A stretch of 55,707 bases of DNA, the filler included, from Porpidia crustulata (lineage: Eukaryota): assembly GCA_964255105.1 (NCBI GenBank). It is 5 parts of 5 records of this genome, joined end to end, with 100 filler letters (N's around TTAATTAATTAA, not from the genome) between each part and the next. Parts side by side here need not be neighbours in the genome. Positions count along the whole stretch, not along the records: positions 22,328 to 33,389 come from CAXUWE010000702.1; positions 33,490 to 44,550 come from CAXUWE010000703.1; 3 more parts are not named here. The stretch is one strand, 5' to 3'. Below the pieces are notes generated by a model. That model was given only the letters and a program-made list of their open reading frames with translations. It was not told where the DNA came from and made no database searches. The position numbers and the translations under genes were made by a program. Shown in pieces: positions 25,810-38,616 of the stretch; the first letter of the stretch is position 1, and each line of letters begins with the position of its first letter.

Positions 25810-26156
25810 CCATGCCCCAGTCGTACCTTCCTCTACCCCACAAAAGAACATGGCCCGAGCTTACCGGGCCCAAGCTAATGCTTATCGTTGATGACGTCTG
25901 TGAGCCGGTGTGGTCGCGTTGCGCCCAATCGAGGTAAGCCTGTCGTGCCTGGATTGTCCCCGGCCACGCTTAGAAGCAATGCTGGATCCTGCGTCAAACT
26001 TGTCCTTGCTCACCCAATTCCATCATTAAATTCAGCATCCTCAATCAAGTTTTGTTTTCCAGGAATCCTTAACTGCCAGACATACCTCTGCCATTGATGT
26101 AAAAACTCCCTTCATTGAATACAATTCCTCTTTACCATCTCTATCTGATTTTCAAC

Positions 26157-27706
26157 ATGGCCGGCACAAGATCATCTGCGCGACAAGCCGCTGCTGCGGC
26201 GCATACAGGCTCCAGTACCTCACAGAGCCAATTTCCTGCCAAAGCTGGTGCCGCTGGGAGTAAGCGCAAGGGGAGCACAGCTTCTAGCCCCAAGTCGAAG
26301 CGAGGCAAAAAGGGCGATGGGAAAGAACAAGCCACCATTGAGGCGACCATGCCGATAGAGAATACTGAGAGTTCCTCAAAAGATGTCGAAATGAAAGACG
26401 ATGTATCAACATGTCAGGGAGCCGGAGATGCAAACGACGCGAAGAATGGGGTAGAACAGACTGGCAACGGTGGCTCAATTGATAGCGGCGAAACATTCAA
26501 GACCGAGAATAATCTTCCGACCGAACAGGAAAGCCAGCGGAAAGATGACAGGACTGAAGCCGAGAATACTAAACCAGTCAATGGACATACCCAAAGCGCA
26601 GGCGCAAAGGCGCAGAGTGGCGCAGAAACTGACCAAAACGGAGCCACCTCGAAAATTGACGGCATTGACACGACCAAGAATGGAGACAATCCAGCCAATG
26701 AAGGCGGTGCCATCGCACCAGAAGTCGACGACGCAGTCGAAAAATCTAGCAAAAGAGAGGAATCTACACCATCTAGCATCCTAGAAAAAGGCATAATATA
26801 CTTCTTCTTTCGCGGCAGAATCAACATCAATGAACCCTCTGAGGTCAACGACATCGCCAGGAGCTACATCGTTCTGCGTCCCTTGCCTCATGGCGCAAAA
26901 CTTGGGGACGGACCGATTGGTGATGCGGGCAATAATCGTCTCCTCGCACTTCCCAAGAAAGTCTTACCAGTAAGCCCAAAAGACCGATTTATGGTCTTCG
27001 TTGAGAAACCGAAGGCAAGTCTCGAAGAGATTAAGAATGATCTGGCGTCTTCTGATTACATGACTAAAACTGCCGGCTCTCGTCATACACCTGCAGCCGC
27101 ACCTATTGGGGAGGGAGTGTACGCTATTACTACCACTGGCCGTGAATCGCATATAGCTTACATCCTGACCATACCGTCCGAATTGAGTGCGGTGCAGCAT
27201 GACGTTGGCTTGAAAGAGCGTGGCAGCTTTGTGACAAGCGTGAAGAACCCACAGCATCCTGGTCCGGCAAACACCAATCTCCCGAAGGCGGCAGAATATC
27301 CCCAAGAGTATGGCGCTACTGGTGAAAGTTACATGATTGGAATACTGACGTGCCATGTATAGGATCATCGAAGAGTTTCGCAGTCTCAGATGGATGCCTT
27401 TACAGCCAAAGGTTCTAGACTACGTTAATACTCAGATCCTGATTATCGGACACAAAGACAATCCTATTGAGAAAGCAACAGTTCCTCAAGAAGACGACGA
27501 GGAAAAGGACAAGGACACGCCTATGGAAGAGATGGAGAAGCTGGAACACGAGGACGAACTGCGTGTAGAGCATCTCAAAGGTCAGTGACTTCCTCGATGC
27601 AACGTGGACATACAATATATACTAACGCTGGCAAGGTGACGACTCCGTTTTTGAGGACCTGGGTATGAGCTCCAAAGAGTATCCAAAGTTACAGACGACC
27701 TGGTGA
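26157..27706 (+). CDS. Conserved fungal hypothetical protein (family often auto-annotated 'BTB domain transcription factor')
   Basis: Disordered N-half, then conserved SSILEKGIIYFFFRGR, RLLALPKKVLP, GEGVYAI, GSFVTSVKNP. Introns at about 27309-27362 and 27581-27635; ends PKLQTTW-TGA. Confidence 0.75.
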
Positions 27707-28701
27707 GGAAATTTCGGTTCAAACGGCGGAGGCATCTGGCTGTTTAGCACGCAAGGTTTAAAAGCAATGATTTCTGGCGGACGCATTTGCAGTATTGATT
27801 CTGTGGAGACCACATGGCGATATGACTACTGAGATGGGGTTATACACTGACAAGGACCAGGCACCTTGATTAAGTTCACTCTTAATGACTTTGGTCCCTG
27901 TGGTTAACTGTCCTCGTCCATCTTTTATAAATGATGCTGAATCGTTTGGTTGAATGTATGATAATGGTGCTTTCTTCAGTGGTGGTAGGATATCAAGGGG
28001 GGTAAAATGGAGGAGACGTGTGGCATTGACGTATCATACTCAGTTTCGTGGTGTTTGGCATGTGGCAGGGCAAGGTAGACTAAGGTAACTTTCGCAGTCA
28101 ACCTATCAGTACCGTAGCAAGCACAGATCAACCTTAGCTTTAGGGCTATGTGCTCCTGCTGGTCGCTAGCCGATAACGGCACTGATTTTGTGAATTGCAC
28201 AACACAAGCTCTCTATCTGCCCACCTACCTACTATACGGCGAAGTACCTACTACTCGTCCAGTCTCAACATCTTGACCATAAGCCACACGCATTGATAAG
28301 TCTATTCCACTCTGTTGGAGTGCTACGTACGAGCCTCCGAAGCTGGAGAGCAGATCACTTTGCACAGTCCGCAGATTCTTGTCTGCCGTCACACTCGAAG
28401 GAGCTCACTTGATCCAGCCTACTCCGACTTGCTACGCACTACCTTGAACCTATCCGTACTGCGTTTTGTCTGTAGCTAGCTCGGTAGCTCGTGCTTCAAC
28501 GCAGCTCACTACTATTGACTGGATATCGGGGTCGAATCACAATTCACTATTCCTAGTCAACACCGAGCCAAATCACCCTCTCCCTATAGGCCATTGCATT
28601 CTCTCTGTGATCATATTGGTCATTTGCACGATCTCCTATCATTGGCTACCATACATACGATAATTACAGCCTAGATCTCTGCTCTACAACCTTTGGTTAC
28701 A

Positions 28702-30463
28702 ATGGCCTCGGCACTCACAGAGCAGCTGAGCAAGACCAAAATTGGGTCAGTCATCGCCAGTATCTGATATAGACTTTCCTTCTGATACAGCTTTACAGTG
28801 ATGGCCCCTCAGACAATAGTTGGAAGGAGAAATTGAAAGCCCCTCGCAAAGATGCTCGACCGCAAACAGAAGTGCGTGCATCATCACCTACCGGAAAGGT
28901 TGTGTTAATCGGCATTGCAGGATGTCACAAAGACCAAAGGTCTCCTGTTCGAGGACTTCGTCATCAAACGGGAACTACAGATGGGCATATTCGAGGCTCA
29001 ATGGTACGATCCTTCTCCAATTCAAGAGGAAACCATACCAATTGCTTTGGCGGGTCGTGATATACTAGCACGAGCAAAGAATGGTACAGGAAAAACTGGT
29101 GCTTTTGTCATACCTACGCTTGACAGGATCAACCCTAAGAGCAACAAAATACAAGCACTCATCCTGGTCCCAACCAGGGAACTCGCTCTCCAAACCTCGC
29201 AAGTCTGCAAGACTCTGGGCAAGCATCTCGGCATTAATGTCATGGTAACGACTGGCGGCACAGGACTCAAGGACGACATCATACGGCTTAATGGTACAGT
29301 CCACATTGTTGTGGGTACACCAGGCCGTATACTTGACCTTGCCAGCAAAGGTGTAGCTGACCTGACGGAATGTCCCCACTTTATCATGGACGAGGCGGAT
29401 AAGCTTCTCTCTCCCGAATTTACCCCAGTCATAGAACAACTACTTGCATTTCACCCAAAAGACCGACAAGTCATGCTTTTTAGTGCTACCTTTCCCATGA
29501 TTGTCAAGACTTTTAAGGTAAGCTGAACCTCCTATTTGGTCTCTTTGCAAGTTTTAACAAAAACAGGATAAACATATGAATGACCCCTATGAGATTAATC
29601 TTATGGAAGAACTTACGCTGAGGGGCATTACGCAATACTACGCATTCGTCGAAGAGAAGCAAAAAGTCCATTGCCTCAATACTCTTTTTTCAAAACTCCA
29701 GATTAACCAGTCTATTATCTTTTGCAACTCGACAAATCGAGTGGAGCTCTTAGCTAAGAAGATCACCGAACTTGGATACTCGTGCTTCTACTCCCACGCA
29801 AAGATGCTGCAGAGTCACCGAAGTCGTGTGTTTCACGATTTCCGTCAAGGCGCTTGCCGTAACCTTGTCTGTTCCGATCTTCTGACCCGTGGTATCGATA
29901 TTCAAGCGGTCAACGTTGTCATCAACTTTGATTTCCCGAACAAGGCTGAGACCTATCTTCATCGCATCGGTCGGTCTGGACGTTTTGGCCACATGGGTCT
30001 CGCCATCAACCTGATCAATTGGGAAGATCGATTCAATCTCTACAAGATCGAGCAAAAGCTTGGAACCGAGATTGAAGCGATTCCATTGAATATAGACAAA
30101 GCGCTATATGCCTATGATTCGCCCGATAATATCCCTCGTCCAGGCCCTCAACCTGGTCCAAGCAATGCAAACCAACGCCAGACATCAGGCCAGGACCAAC
30201 AAGCAACCAGAAACAGCCAACGAAATGCCCGGGGTACTACCAATGGCTCGCATGCAGGAAATTCTGGTCAGGGACGCGGTCAAGGTAGTGCAAGAGGCCA
30301 AATTCAGCAACATAACGCGTCCAGCTATCGAGGCAATCAGCGTAACCAGAACCAGCCACATGGCCAGCAGAAGGCACCTACCAAAGATCATGAGCAACAA
30401 AACCGACAGAATGGTAAGGTGCTACAGCAAGCAACCCCAGTGGTTGCCGCAGAGACCTCGTGA
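28702..30463 (+). CDS. DHH1: DEAD-box RNA helicase Dhh1/DDX6
   Basis: [60 protein letters not shown]. Three introns (two 5', one at 29518-29567); Q/N/G-rich tail. Confidence 0.93.
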
Positions 30464-31725
30464 TATCATATATGGGATCGTTCGTGGCATATTTGGAATT
30501 ACCCGAACGGCCCAAGACGGCGTTGGAACTAACATCTTTTTTTTCGCTCATCGTTTAATTCAGCACTCTGGTTCGCACGGCTCCTATACGTGGAAGAGGA
30601 CGGCCCTATCACCCCCAATACGACATCAACATCGGACTCACTTTGAAAGAAACGACTTAAAAGAGCCTACTTTCGGACATTTGCTACATTACCTCACGAC
30701 GTATTCAATCTGCAATTTGACTCCCATCAAATGGTGCCCATCTCGATTCTCTAGCGTTACAGCATTTATCCTTGGAATGGCGGCTTCATGCGGCAAAAGT
30801 CGTTTATGACCAAGGTTTTGTATTATATCCCGGCGTTACAATTAGGCTTGATTTTGTAGTAATGGCGTTTGGTGCCCTTAGCGGCTCCTGGTCCTGGATC
30901 ACGCACTCGAAATCAGCAGCAGCACGCCCCTCTCCACAACCCTCGAAAACAGCAATACCTTTGAGGTGATTTTCTCCTTGCTTCACCTTCATCGTTACCT
31001 CGCCGCACCGAAAGACCTAGTCACACTTCTATATCTCTGGATCACACGTCTCCCTATCTGGCCACATATCCCAACTTCTTCGCCCGAAATAGGCCTTGCA
31101 GAACCGACCTCATTGACCTATAATCTTTTTTCACTCCGCGTTCATTTCCGCTCCATGGGTCCGCCGCTCCCGAGGTCGCCATGAAAACCTGGCACAGTGC
31201 GAGTCCAAGAGCTGTGGAACTTTTCTCACTAGCTTGGACTCCTTCTCTCAGCACTCTAATAACTTTAACACAATCTTTCGCGAGCGAGGCGCTACCTTCA
31301 TGGCCTCAAAGTCAGGCATTTTCTTAGATCAAGTCCACTGGAAATGGTTCGCATCAACTGAAATCCTAACTACCGTCAAGCTTCATCCATTCAAAACGGA
31401 TACACACATATGATCAACCTCGCCTTTCAATTAAGCCATTTGGTCATTTGACTGCCAGCAGGAAATAATAGAAAAAAGAAGAAAAAACAAAGTAGGAGGA
31501 ATCGGGTTTATTGCTGGACAGTTCAATCTTAGGAAGGAAGGATTACTATAGCTTAAACCAGATAACATCAACGCATTCTCTGAACATTGTTCATCCTCAT
31601 GGATTATCACATGGAAATTTCGACCCTGTGGCTAAACGGACCCTTGCAGTGACGTTGGAGCACCGTAGGGCTGATTGTAGATCGACTAGAACGCGGAATC
31701 AGTGCAGCTTGAGAATTATTTCAGT

Positions 31726-33129
31726 ATGGCAACCTCAAATCCAGAGTACAGGAAGAATGTGCGTACCATACTATGGACCCATTGCACAATAGACCTCCAG
31801 CTACTGACGCTCTTAGCCAAGTGCATTGAGATCTATAATTGCAGGTTCCTCCGCCGGCGCGGTTGAAATCGGTACTCTTCCCCACAGCGCACATCTCACT
31901 GCAAAAAAGATCTAGGGCTAAAAGAAGGACAACAGCTATCACATACCCAGCAGAATGTTTGTTTCTCACTTTCCGCACTCAAGCAAATCCTAGGAAATTA
32001 ATTTACTCTACAGTCGCAAAAACACGGACACAGCTCAACAGGCGATTACCGGATGGCCAGAAGTTAGGATGGCCGCCCTTTGGGAAGGCTTGGTATGCAG
32101 GATGTACGACACTGATTATCGGGAACTCATTGAAAGCGGGCATACGTAAGCAGCACTCAACGAAGCAGCAGGCGCCCCGAGCTAACATAGGCATAGGATT
32201 CGTTGCCTTTGACACCTACAAAACCCTCCTGCAAGATGAAGCAGGCAACATCTCCGGACCGAGAACTGTCATTGCCGGATTCGGCGCCGGTATCACAGAA
32301 TCATTACTCGCAGTCACGCCCTTTGAGAGCATAAAAACCACTCTGTATCTCCCAACTCCATCACTCCCTGCAAACAGCACACCAGACCCACTAACATCAC
32401 GTACCGCAGAATCGACGACCGCAAATCCGCCACCCCCCGCATGCGCGGCTTCCTCCACGGCTCCGCCATCATCTTCCGCGAACGTGGCCTCCGCGGCTTC
32501 TTCCAAGGCTTCGTCCCCACCACCGCACGACAAGCGGCGAATTCCGCGACGCGGTTCGGCAGCTACACGACACTGAAGCAATTCGCGCAGGGCTACGTGG
32601 CGCCGGGCGAGAAGCTGGGCACGGCCAGCACATTTGGGATCGGCGGCGTCGCGGGCTTAATCACTGTGTGAGTAACGAGCGAGGAGCAGAGCTTTTCCAT
32701 GAGGTTGTGAGAGATTTTGGGAGAAAAGGGTCCTGATAGAAAATGGGGTGTATAGATACGTAACGCAGCCGCTGGATACGATCAAGACGCGGTGAGTCGC
32801 ACATCTGGAAAAGGCTTACAACCGCTGGAAAGACCGGGCTGGGACTGATGCAAGGGGGTGAATAGGATGCAATCCATCGAAGCCCGAAAAGAATACAAAA
32901 ACACCTTCGCCTGCGCCGCCAAAATCTTCCGCGACGAAGGCATCCTCACCTTTTGGTCCGGCGCCGTGCCACGGCTCGTACGCTTGGTCCTCAGCGGCGG
33001 GATCGTGTTTACTATGTAAGCTTGGATGCCTCGCCAGGGTTCTTGAAGAGGAAATACTGAGTTCTTGCTAGGTACGAGAAAACAATGGAGGGACTGGATA
33101 GGCTGGATCCGGAGAGGCGGTATGTATGA
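31726..33129 (+). CDS. CTP1: Mitochondrial citrate/tricarboxylate carrier
   Basis: Eight introns join to MATSNPEYRKNPSALRSIIAGSSAGAVEIAITYPAEFAKTRTQL..GNSLKAGIRF..TPFESIKT..RQAANSATRF..QPLDTIKTRMQ..YEKTMEGLDRLDPERRYV. Three Px[DE]xxK carrier signatures; includes a 21-nt exon at 31936-31956. Confidence 0.9.
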
Positions 33130-33389
33130 GAAAGCCGCTCGCGCATATGCTCAAAACAAATGTTCATGTTTCTGTGAGATTGTTGGTGATTCGGCGCGAT
33201 AGTAGTCATGGTGTGCCAGAACGCGCCGTCGCTCATGCTTTCTTTGTTCTGTACGGATATTCTACTGGTATGGATATCATAGGTTGAGCACCTACCTATC
33301 GCGAGCTCCCTCTGCTTTTTCTACTCTTCGAATTTGGCTCTTCCCTACATTACCTTCCTTGATCCCTAAAACCCCCTCCCTCCATCCCC

Positions 33390-33489
33390 NNNNNNNNNNN
33401 NNNNNNNNNNNNNNNNNNNNNNNNNNNNNNNNNTTAATTAATTAANNNNNNNNNNNNNNNNNNNNNNNNNNNNNNNNNNNNNNNNNNNN
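33390..33489. other. Artificial contig spacer
   Basis: N44-TTAATTAATTAA-N44. Confidence 0.98.
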
Positions 33490-34220
33490 AACTGGATCCA
33501 TTCTACGGCGAGGGCTCGGCCTGGGCGGTACGAGGGGGTGTTAGTGTGGGATAGAGGGTTACAAGCGGGTAGGGAAAGGGCCTTACACAATTGCACGACC
33601 CCAGCCTTTGCGGTACAGTACGCCGCCGACAACTCCGGATGATCGACGATTCTCGCGCTGATACTCGCCGTCGCCACGAAAGTGCCGTACGTGAAACCTT
33701 GCAGATTTCCGCCGTTGGCATCCGTACCCTCGGCCTTCTGGCGGCGCCAGTGCGATGCGGCCGCGCGGGCGCAGTAGAAGACACCGTCGAGGTTGGTGGC
33801 GATGACAGTGCGGTATTCGTCGAGAGAGCGGTCGAGGATGGTTCCTTCCTCGGGGAAGACGCCGGCGTTGGCGACGAAGATGTCGAGGCGGGCGTTGAGG
33901 TCGTGGACGGCGGTGTCGACGGCGGCGGCGACTTGCTGGGCGGAGGTTATGTCGACGCGGTAGGCTTTGCACTTGACGCCGTATTCTGTTTCGATCTCGG
34001 CGGCCCGGGCCGGAGCGGAGGGGCTGCTGTGGTACCAAATGGCGATGTTGGCGCCTGCTTCGGCCAAGGCATGGGCGACGGCGAGGCCGATTCCGGAGCT
34101 ACCACCGGTGATGATGGCGGTTTTTCCTTTGCAGAGGAAGAGCGGTAAGACTTTTTCTCCTTCGGGAGCGACGGTGTTGTCGTGGGCAAAGGCCGATCCG
34201 TGCCATGGTGAGCCTAGCAT
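33490..34220 (-). CDS. Short-chain dehydrogenase/reductase (mannitol dehydrogenase/sorbose or L-xylulose reductase-like), 3' truncated
   Basis: TGGSSGIG Rossmann motif, FVANAG, ATASIS, catalytic YCTAK, LAVEW. In-frame 66-nt intron 33521-33586; start position uncertain. Confidence 0.85.
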
Positions 34221-35120
34221 TAGATTAGTTGCTACGAGGAAATGTAGCAAAGAGATGGCTGATGGCGATGGACCGTAAAGTGGTAGGAATTGGTTCTGAT
34301 AGCTGAACTATCATTGAGCCCCGAATAACATCATTGAACTAGTGTGTAAAAGACAATTTACCTCTTTATCCCCGATTCATTTTTAACCAGTTATCGAACA
34401 TTCTCGCTTTCGACTGATAGAACCGCATTCAAGATAGTGCCATTACAGAATGAGTTTTGTCCATCCTGACTTTTCCAGGTCAGCTATTCCGAAGCTGCCC
34501 CTCAGTAAAACGCGATGCTGCATCATGCATCTGACTGGGTCGTAGATGCAGGAAAATGTATGCACATACAAAGATGTGCGAGAGTGCTCTCGCTATCCCA
34601 CGGATTGAAAAGTTTCTGCATTTGCCCGAAGAAGTCCGTTGGTTCACCTTCGCTTTCACGCATGTGAGTTGTAGAGAACCGCATTAGGATCCCCTAAATA
34701 TTACTTATGTAGACTAATGAACTCAAAGTGTTCCAATCTTCCTCTCGTGATCAACAATACAATATTTGGTAAGCTGAGGATTTAGTTCCTGCAAAGAAAT
34801 TCATCGTCGCTGAAGTGCTCGTGAATTACCAGAGGATGGTTTTTCAATAAAGAAAATCAAACTCTACTCTTACCTTCCCTAGACTGCGCAGGATATTGTC
34901 CATGTAATGCATCGAAGATAGATAAGGTTTGAAAACTCTGAAAGAAAGATTCCTTATGAGGGGTCCTGTAGTAACATATCACACTTTCTGTGGCATTGAG
35001 ATTTCGCACCGTCTCACGTATGTTTTGGTTTTCGGAGCTGATCACTATCTTGAAAATCATAGAAGTTTTTGCTCAAAATCTAATTCTTTTCTATAGCCAA
35101 GCGATCGTCTTCTAAGCAGC

Positions 35121-36149
35121 ATGGCTCCCTCAGCTATGCCGACCGAGCTAGCTAGTGACAGACATCTGGAGAAACCTACCAATGGCAATACACCATGTAC
35201 CGCATCAATAAGTTACTTCGATGCTACCACGGCTACGAAGGACGAAGTAGTCCGTTCGTTGATCAGAGCAGGTGGCTGTATTGTGCAGGGCATGGTATCT
35301 CCTCAGGACCTGACACAAATCGAAAAGGACGTTCGCCCGTTGCTGGATGCCGACAAACCCTGGGCGGGTTCATACTTTCCACCAGAGACTCGTCGAGCAG
35401 GTGGCCTTGCTGGCCGGTCTCCTACGTTCTTGAAAGCAATCATTCAGCATCTCCTCTATCAAGAGGTTTGTACAGAGCTCCTGACGTCAAGGGTCAAAAA
35501 CTGGTATGGTGCTGAGGCCTTTGAAAACGTATCTGCGCCACAAATGAATTCCGCGTTTGCTATATCCATCGGACCTGGGGCGGCACGGCAAGGCCTACAT
35601 CGTGACGATGGAAATTATCACAACCAATTACCAGCAATCACGGCGGAAGAGTACAATATTGGTCGGGACACGTCCGTCATACTCTTCGTGGCGGGGAAGA
35701 AGGTCACAAAAGAAAACGGGACCACGCGATTTGTGCCTGGCTCCCATCTGAAAAGTTCGACAGAAGCACCTAACGAAAGCAAAGTCGTGTTTGCCGAGAT
35801 GGAGCCAGGCGATGGGTTCATCATGTTAGCATCTACTCATCACGGTGGATCGGCAAACACAACACAGGATGACGAGCGCTTGATGTACGGTACCTGCATG
35901 GTCAAGGGCTTCCTCCGACAAGTTCGTTCCCTCTATCTCTGAGACCATGCGACGTATAATTAATCGGTGTCCCAGGAAGAGAACCAGTACTTGGCCTTGA
36001 GCCTAGAAACAGTCATGACGTTCCCCAAGGAGACCCAAAGGCTGTTAGGTTACGGCGTTAGCGACCCATGGACGGGTTGGGTAGACTTCAAAGATCCAGT
36101 TGAGCATATGCTCTCGAACGACGGGACCGAGAAGAAGGCCATCTGGTGA
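35121..36149 (+). CDS. Phytanoyl-CoA dioxygenase (PhyH) family Fe(II)/2OG dioxygenase
   Basis: FPPETRR, IGPGAARQGLHRDD (HxD), TKENGTTRFVPGSH, HHGGSAN, ERLMY, GFLRQ|EENQYL across intron 35922-35975. Confidence 0.9.
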
Positions 36150-37017
36150 TGTGCTACGGTTGTCATAAAACCCAGACAAATCAATGGAGCTTATCCAACT
36201 TCAAAGCTACCAGGCAGCTCTTCCACGTTCGATTTTCAACAATACCATTCAGCAGAGTGCGCTGTGCCATGCATAGTTGGAAATTCGTACTAATGCGGTT
36301 GAGACATAGTGCTTAGATGGGTACATAGGTAGCTTTGACTGTGTAGGCTCTCGGTGAGTGATTCCTAGTGGTGCTGGTATAGAGTAGGGTTGGTAGAGAT
36401 GCGCTGGCTGGCTTCTTCTGGAGAAAAAATCGTTAGTTGAGGGAGAGATTGAAACGCTAGTGACAGGAGAAGCTCGGTAAGCGGGAGGAACGACTGCGCT
36501 AGAGTAGGATACCTGTAATTTACGAGCAATGTGACAAACAGCAATGGTTTTTCGACTGCCGGAGTGTGTATTATTATATGAAAAGAGTGAGTGGGCAAAA
36601 ACCCTCTGCTCAATTCCAAGCAAGGGAGATGAAGATGGTAGGAACCTTCTAGAACATAAGGACGAGGATTTGATGCGAATCCGAGTGTTTGATCACACTA
36701 GATGGGGCAACGACAATTTTAGGCGTGGGCAAACAGAATCCTCAGTATCATACGCCGCAGTGTAACTATATGAGCGACTAAGCGAGAGATAAAATATCGG
36801 GAGCATAAGGATCTATTCGTGTGGCATTGGAAGGGACTTTCTACATAATATGATAGGTAGAGAACCCTGCTTCCGTCGTACTAGGAACATTTCAGCATCG
36901 GGAGAAAGACTTCGGTCCTCCTCCCTCATACTGACCAGGTCCCTCACATTCAACAAACAACATCTGAGGCTAAAGATCTAATTGCCGTGGTATCCGTAGC
37001 ATTCCTTGAGGAGGAAA

Positions 37018-38052
37018 ATGTCTTACAAACAAGACCTACCAGAAGCAGTTTCCGTCGCGATTATTGGATGTGGAAAACTTGGGACTGCACTGATACGTGG
37101 CTTCTTATGCCATGGTGAACCGCTGCGGAACGTGACACAATTGCCTCATCTGCCAGCGGTAGTCGCTCCGCTCGAGATTAGCCATATCTTTGCTACTGTC
37201 AGACAACAGTCCAGTCAAGAACGTGTCCAGAATTCAATCAAGATAGAACAAGCATCCATACTGGACTCAGGACACCGTGTGATGCAGGTAACCGTCCAAT
37301 TGCAGAGTCAAAACTGCCAGGCCATCAATGATGCGGATATCGTTATCCTGGGATGCAAACCCAGTGCGTACAAGGAAGTTCTTGGTAAGAAGGGAATCCG
37401 TAAGGGGCTTCTTGAAGGTATCAAAAGAAAGATTTTCATCAGCATCTTAGGTGGCGTCACTACCCATGACCTGGAGAACGCAATCTTCCAAGTGAGCCAT
37501 CAAGCATCCCTTAGTAATCAATATCCTTCGATATTGAGTAACTACCGAGATCGCTGCCTCGTCATCCGTGCGATTCCAAATATTGCTGCACGCATTCGGG
37601 AATCTATGACCGTCCTTGCACTTCCGGCCTCGTTCGATAATAACGAAGATGGGAAACATCGAAGAAGCATCGTTGATTTGTTGTTTCAACGCGTAGGTCT
37701 TACAAAATGGGTTGCAGAGAGTCAGATGAATCATGCGTCTGCTCTGTGCGCCTCAGCGCTTGCATTCTACACAAATTTGATTGCAGCAGCTGCTGAAGGA
37801 GCTTTGGGTAATGGGGATGGTTTATCCCAGGCAGATGCGCTTCAAATATCGGCCCAAGCTGCACGAGGTGCTTCTGGGCTCATTCTCTCCGGGGAGGATA
37901 CTAAGCACATCACGGATGAAGTAGCCACAAAGGGTGGATCTACAATGGCAGGGTTAAAAATCTTGGAGCAACGAGACTCTATCGCAGCAATTCGAGATGC
38001 CATTGAGGAGACCGCGATTGCAACAAAGGCCCTGGCATCATCACTACGGTAG
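37018..38052 (+). CDS. Pyrroline-5-carboxylate reductase-like (ProC/Pro3 family), divergent paralog
   Basis: IIGCGKLG, ADIVILGCKP, FISILGGV, VIRAIPNIAARIRESMT, ALCASALAF, VATKGGSTMAGL; intronless, with insertions relative to canonical Pro3. Confidence 0.88.
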   Translation: MSYKQDLPEAVSVAIIGCGKLGTALIRGFLCHGEPLRNVTQLPHLPAVVAPLEISHIFATVRQQSSQERVQNSIKIEQASILDSGHRVMQVTVQLQSQNCQAINDADIVILGCKPSAYKEVLGKKGIRKGLLEGIKRKIFISILGGVTTHDLENAIFQVSHQASLSNQYPSILSNYRDRCLVIRAIPNIAARIRESMTVLALPASFDNNEDGKHRRSIVDLLFQRVGLTKWVAESQMNHASALCASALAFYTNLIAAAAEGALGNGDGLSQADALQISAQAARGASGLILSGEDTKHITDEVATKGGSTMAGLKILEQRDSIAAIRDAIEETAIATKALASSLR

Positions 38053-38616
38053 ATATCGAGGGGCGATAAGCAGAGCGTAAGGGAGACTTAATTTGTTGCG
38101 CCATAAATGACCTGATGAGAAGACTTTCTACTTTGACAAAGTGTCCTGTGGTCTCAAAGCAACGTTTCTTCAGATAATCTGCGCTTGGAAGGGATGGTTC
38201 TTTACAGCTCCCTAAAACGCTGCGGAAAAAATGGGTCCTCAACAGCATTTTTCTGAAGATAGATTTCGGATTCCGAATTCTCATGGCAGCAAACGAAGGC
38301 CGACACAACGTCCACAGAACATCGCCTTTGATAGTCCGCGTTTGGTCAACGCTACAAATAGTTGTAGGCCATCTTAAATATAGTTCTCCGCCACAGTCGC
38401 TAAGAATTGAGCCATTGAGAGGAGGAAATTGGCCGTTGAGAATCTCCTACAATAATGAGCACTGTGACGCCGGGAAACAGTTGTTCCTAGTCATACTGTT
38501 GTGCTACTACAGCAGGATAACACGGAATTCCGATCCAAACTAATAAATTCGTTACCGCAAACTTTTGTTATATGCAACGAAACCCAAGTACATCAATTTA
38601 TGGTCCCCGAGGCCTT

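Noticed and set aside
30108..30809. 233-aa ORF overlapping the DHH1 3' end in another frame
   Set aside because: No motifs; the DHH1 frame gives the expected Q/N-rich tail and a stop at 30463.
23284..33129. MFS transporter and citrate carrier as export or supply genes of the NRPS-like cluster
   Set aside because: They are on a different contig, separated by an artificial spacer.
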